From Pseudovirgaria hyperparasitica (lineage: Eukaryota), in assembly GCA_010093815.1 (NCBI GenBank), contig ML996565.1: a stretch of 64,000 bases of DNA; one strand, given 5' to 3'. The notes beneath the pieces are model-generated. The model ran no database searches. It saw nothing but the letters and a program-made list of their open reading frames with translations, and had not been told where the DNA came from. Shown here piece after piece: positions 61,861-64,000 of this stretch (within the stretch, counting starts at the first letter, position 1; each line of letters begins with the position of its first letter). The translations under genes were made by a program, and so were the position numbers.

Positions 61861-62721
61861 ATGGCCCCTCTCACAATTGCCGAATCTTTCGACCACAAGC
61901 TGCCCGATCTAGCTCTTGGACCTCATGATAATCCCAGATGTGGCGACAGTGGCAACACTACGAAGAATACCATACCCCCTAAGATATGGGTTACTGTACC
62001 AGCAGACAGTTGGTCCGATGCTACCAACGAGCCTTTAGGTCGCCACCGCTCAGCTCTGATTACTTCTCAGGTGGCCGCGACAGAGGTTCCATTCGAAATG
62101 CCCGTCGAAGCGGATGTGTCACGTGCGACTGTTCTGTACCTCACTCATCCCATCAACAAAGCCTTGGAAAACATCTTTGGTGGCAAAGTTCGCTTCGCCG
62201 CGGAATTGAGCAATACAGTAGGGAGTGCAACACTTCGAATGGACTTGACCTGGTTTTACTACCCCATACCTGGTGTAAAGAAGGTCATTGCAATTCTGGA
62301 GCTTAAAAAACGAGGCATGTTGGTGTACGAGCACTGGTCCGATGCATATGCTACTTCAAAGACCATGGACAAGAAACTTAACGAGGATAAAGATACCTTC
62401 TTCGTCGATAATGCCGAAAAGATGATGAAACAGATATCTGCATATGTGCTAAGACATAAAACGAAATATGCGGCACTATTCGACTGGGAAACCCTGTTTC
62501 TCGGCTACTTTGCGGAAGCTGACTTCAATCGTGAAAACATAGGCGATTGGGTTGCTGGGACATATATTGGGGGAGATTCTTCGGCACGGCCCTTCAGGAA
62601 AGTCGTCCTTGGATGGCTTTTGTGCGCTTGCGCGGCCGCTGGACTCGGTGGATCCGACAACACTTTGTCAAACGCACGCAACAGTCCGCAAGTGATCATC
62701 TCAGGGACATCAAAGAGGTAA
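61861..62721 (+). CDS. PD-(D/E)XK restriction-endonuclease-fold protein, intronless, 286 aa
   Basis: Helix Glu E83 (VEADV), RMD128, hydrophobic strand ending in E147-L-K149, Q191xxxY195 and AALFD208W. Confidence 0.75.
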   Translation: MAPLTIAESFDHKLPDLALGPHDNPRCGDSGNTTKNTIPPKIWVTVPADSWSDATNEPLGRHRSALITSQVAATEVPFEMPVEADVSRATVLYLTHPINKALENIFGGKVRFAAELSNTVGSATLRMDLTWFYYPIPGVKKVIAILELKKRGMLVYEHWSDAYATSKTMDKKLNEDKDTFFVDNAEKMMKQISAYVLRHKTKYAALFDWETLFLGYFAEADFNRENIGDWVAGTYIGGDSSARPFRKVVLGWLLCACAAAGLGGSDNTLSNARNSPQVIISGTSKR

Positions 62722-63079
62722 TGGAAAATAATCTCGAAACATGTCCAGATGAGGCCGAACTTCTGCTCCTATCAACCAAGAAGAAGTGGTGGCAATGATA
62801 TCAGAGGTAGTGTGAACCTGGAAAGAGAGACATATTGGCAATTTGTAGCGCATTACAATAGCAACCATGGAATTCATCAGAAGTATCTGGCTAGTATGTG
62901 TCGTTGTTTAAATTCGTGCCAGATGATTAGGCAATAATGTCACCATGTTATGCCTTTTAAGTTCATCCAAAGGCGTGTCTTCTGTGAGCGTGAAGCATGC
63001 CGGCTGTTCTTTAAAGGTCTCAACTTCTCTTCGAGGCCATGCGCAGAGTTTGACTATTACGTCTCTCATAGATCAGTAC

Positions 63080-64000
63080 CTAGGACGCTTCTTGGAATAG
63101 ATGCGATCCTTTAAAGTGGTCTAATAGCCAGGCCCGGCGATCGTTCCTTGCCCTCGGAAGCCAGTCATAGGCAAAGTCACCAGCGTTAGCTGTCCACCTG
63201 TAGATAGGTGATACCGGGAGTGCTAGTCTCCTGACAACTGAGACATTAAAGTCAATGAGTACAATTCGAAGGTTCGGATCAACATAGTCGTGGCCTGTGC
63301 AAATGAAATTTCTTGGAGCTATGTCTTTTTGAGATACACCGCCACGATGTTCTATCATAGCTTCTAACTCAATGACCTTGACCATTATATTTGAGCGCTG
63401 TTCATTGGAGAGTTCCGTAGGGAGTAGCTCGTGGAGGCTAACGCCTTGGATGTATTCCATCAAGATGAGTCTAACAGGACGTTGCACCGTTTTGCCTGTA
63501 GGTGACTCCGTAGATATATAGCAGGACCAAGAGCCGTAATAGTGAGGTACATAGTTTCCGTGGAACTCTTTGAGTTCTTGATAGGCCAGTGCTTCACGAG
63601 TGTAGTCTGAATCTGCCATAGCAACGGCGTCAAATTTGATAGCGAAATCGTCTGGGATGTAGTAAAGAGGATCATAGATCTTTGCGACCATGGTTTGATT
63701 GACAACAACGATTTGAGCCCCACTCTGAATATCTTCGCTCTCGGTAAGTCTTATAGCCTTGGTGATCTCTAAGCACATTGACTTGTCCGACAGTGATCCC
63801 GCACGAGGCGGATGTGATAAGCAATACTCCAGTTGAGTCGACTCGTGCATATCAGCAGGGGGTAAAATCGTATCATTCGTGTATGGTGACCCCAGAGGGC
63901 TCGGCGCGATATGTGAGTGTACCTCGAATTTGTATCCTAAGACATAAGGATTCGAGGGCTTGTTGGGATCTGGCTTATACGGTGGCGGATTGTCGCCAAC
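63080..64000 (-). CDS. Fungal protein kinase-like protein, 5' end outside the window
   Basis: The frame is open from 64000 to the stop at 63080. VAKIYD (Lys), TREALAY (helix C Glu), VPHYYG, LILMEYIQG, QKDIAPRN catalytic loop and LIDFN. Confidence 0.88.
   Translation of the reverse strand, partial: VGDNPPPYKPDPNKPSNPYVLGYKFEVHSHIAPSPLGSPYTNDTILPPADMHESTQLEYCLSHPPRAGSLSDKSMCLEITKAIRLTESEDIQSGAQIVVVNQTMVAKIYDPLYYIPDDFAIKFDAVAMADSDYTREALAYQELKEFHGNYVPHYYGSWSCYISTESPTGKTVQRPVRLILMEYIQGVSLHELLPTELSNEQRSNIMVKVIELEAMIEHRGGVSQKDIAPRNFICTGHDYVDPNLRIVLIDFNVSVVRRLALPVSPIYRWTANAGDFAYDWLPRARNDRRAWLLDHFKGSHLFQEAS

Noticed and set aside
63851..64000. Suspected frameshift in the kinase 5' region
   Set aside because: On recount the frame is open through to the window edge; the gene is simply truncated by the window.

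Overview
Eukaryotic DNA from a filamentous ascomycete (Pezizomycotina). It has short GT-AG introns with CTRAY branch points, microsatellite-rich intergenic DNA and RIP-like AT-rich relics. Positions ~1-60 kb are mostly core genes: Nudix ADP-ribose pyrophosphatase, ferric reductase, SAM methyltransferase, CTP synthase, a VelC-like velvet protein, Bin3/MePCE, DUF1349, a divergent ML/NPC2-like protein, a CLC channel, Ubp12, Sps19, Atg33, Bud4, Mrh4, an SLC35F transporter and several small or hypothetical genes. The last ~3.6 kb looks accessory. It holds two inverted minisatellite arms that differ mostly by transitions, a 269-bp MITE between them, and a convergent intronless pair of a PD-(D/E)XK nuclease-like gene and a protein kinase-like gene, a candidate two-gene toxin/antidote or drive module. 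Other notable observations: an obligatory U2-type AT-AC intron in CTP synthase, a retropepsin-like domain with Asp-to-Cys at the catalytic motif next to UBP12, a structured non-coding segment between URA7 and velC, and repeated C/A-to-G/T strand-skew switches. All gene models and family calls were made by eye from motifs; no database searches were run.
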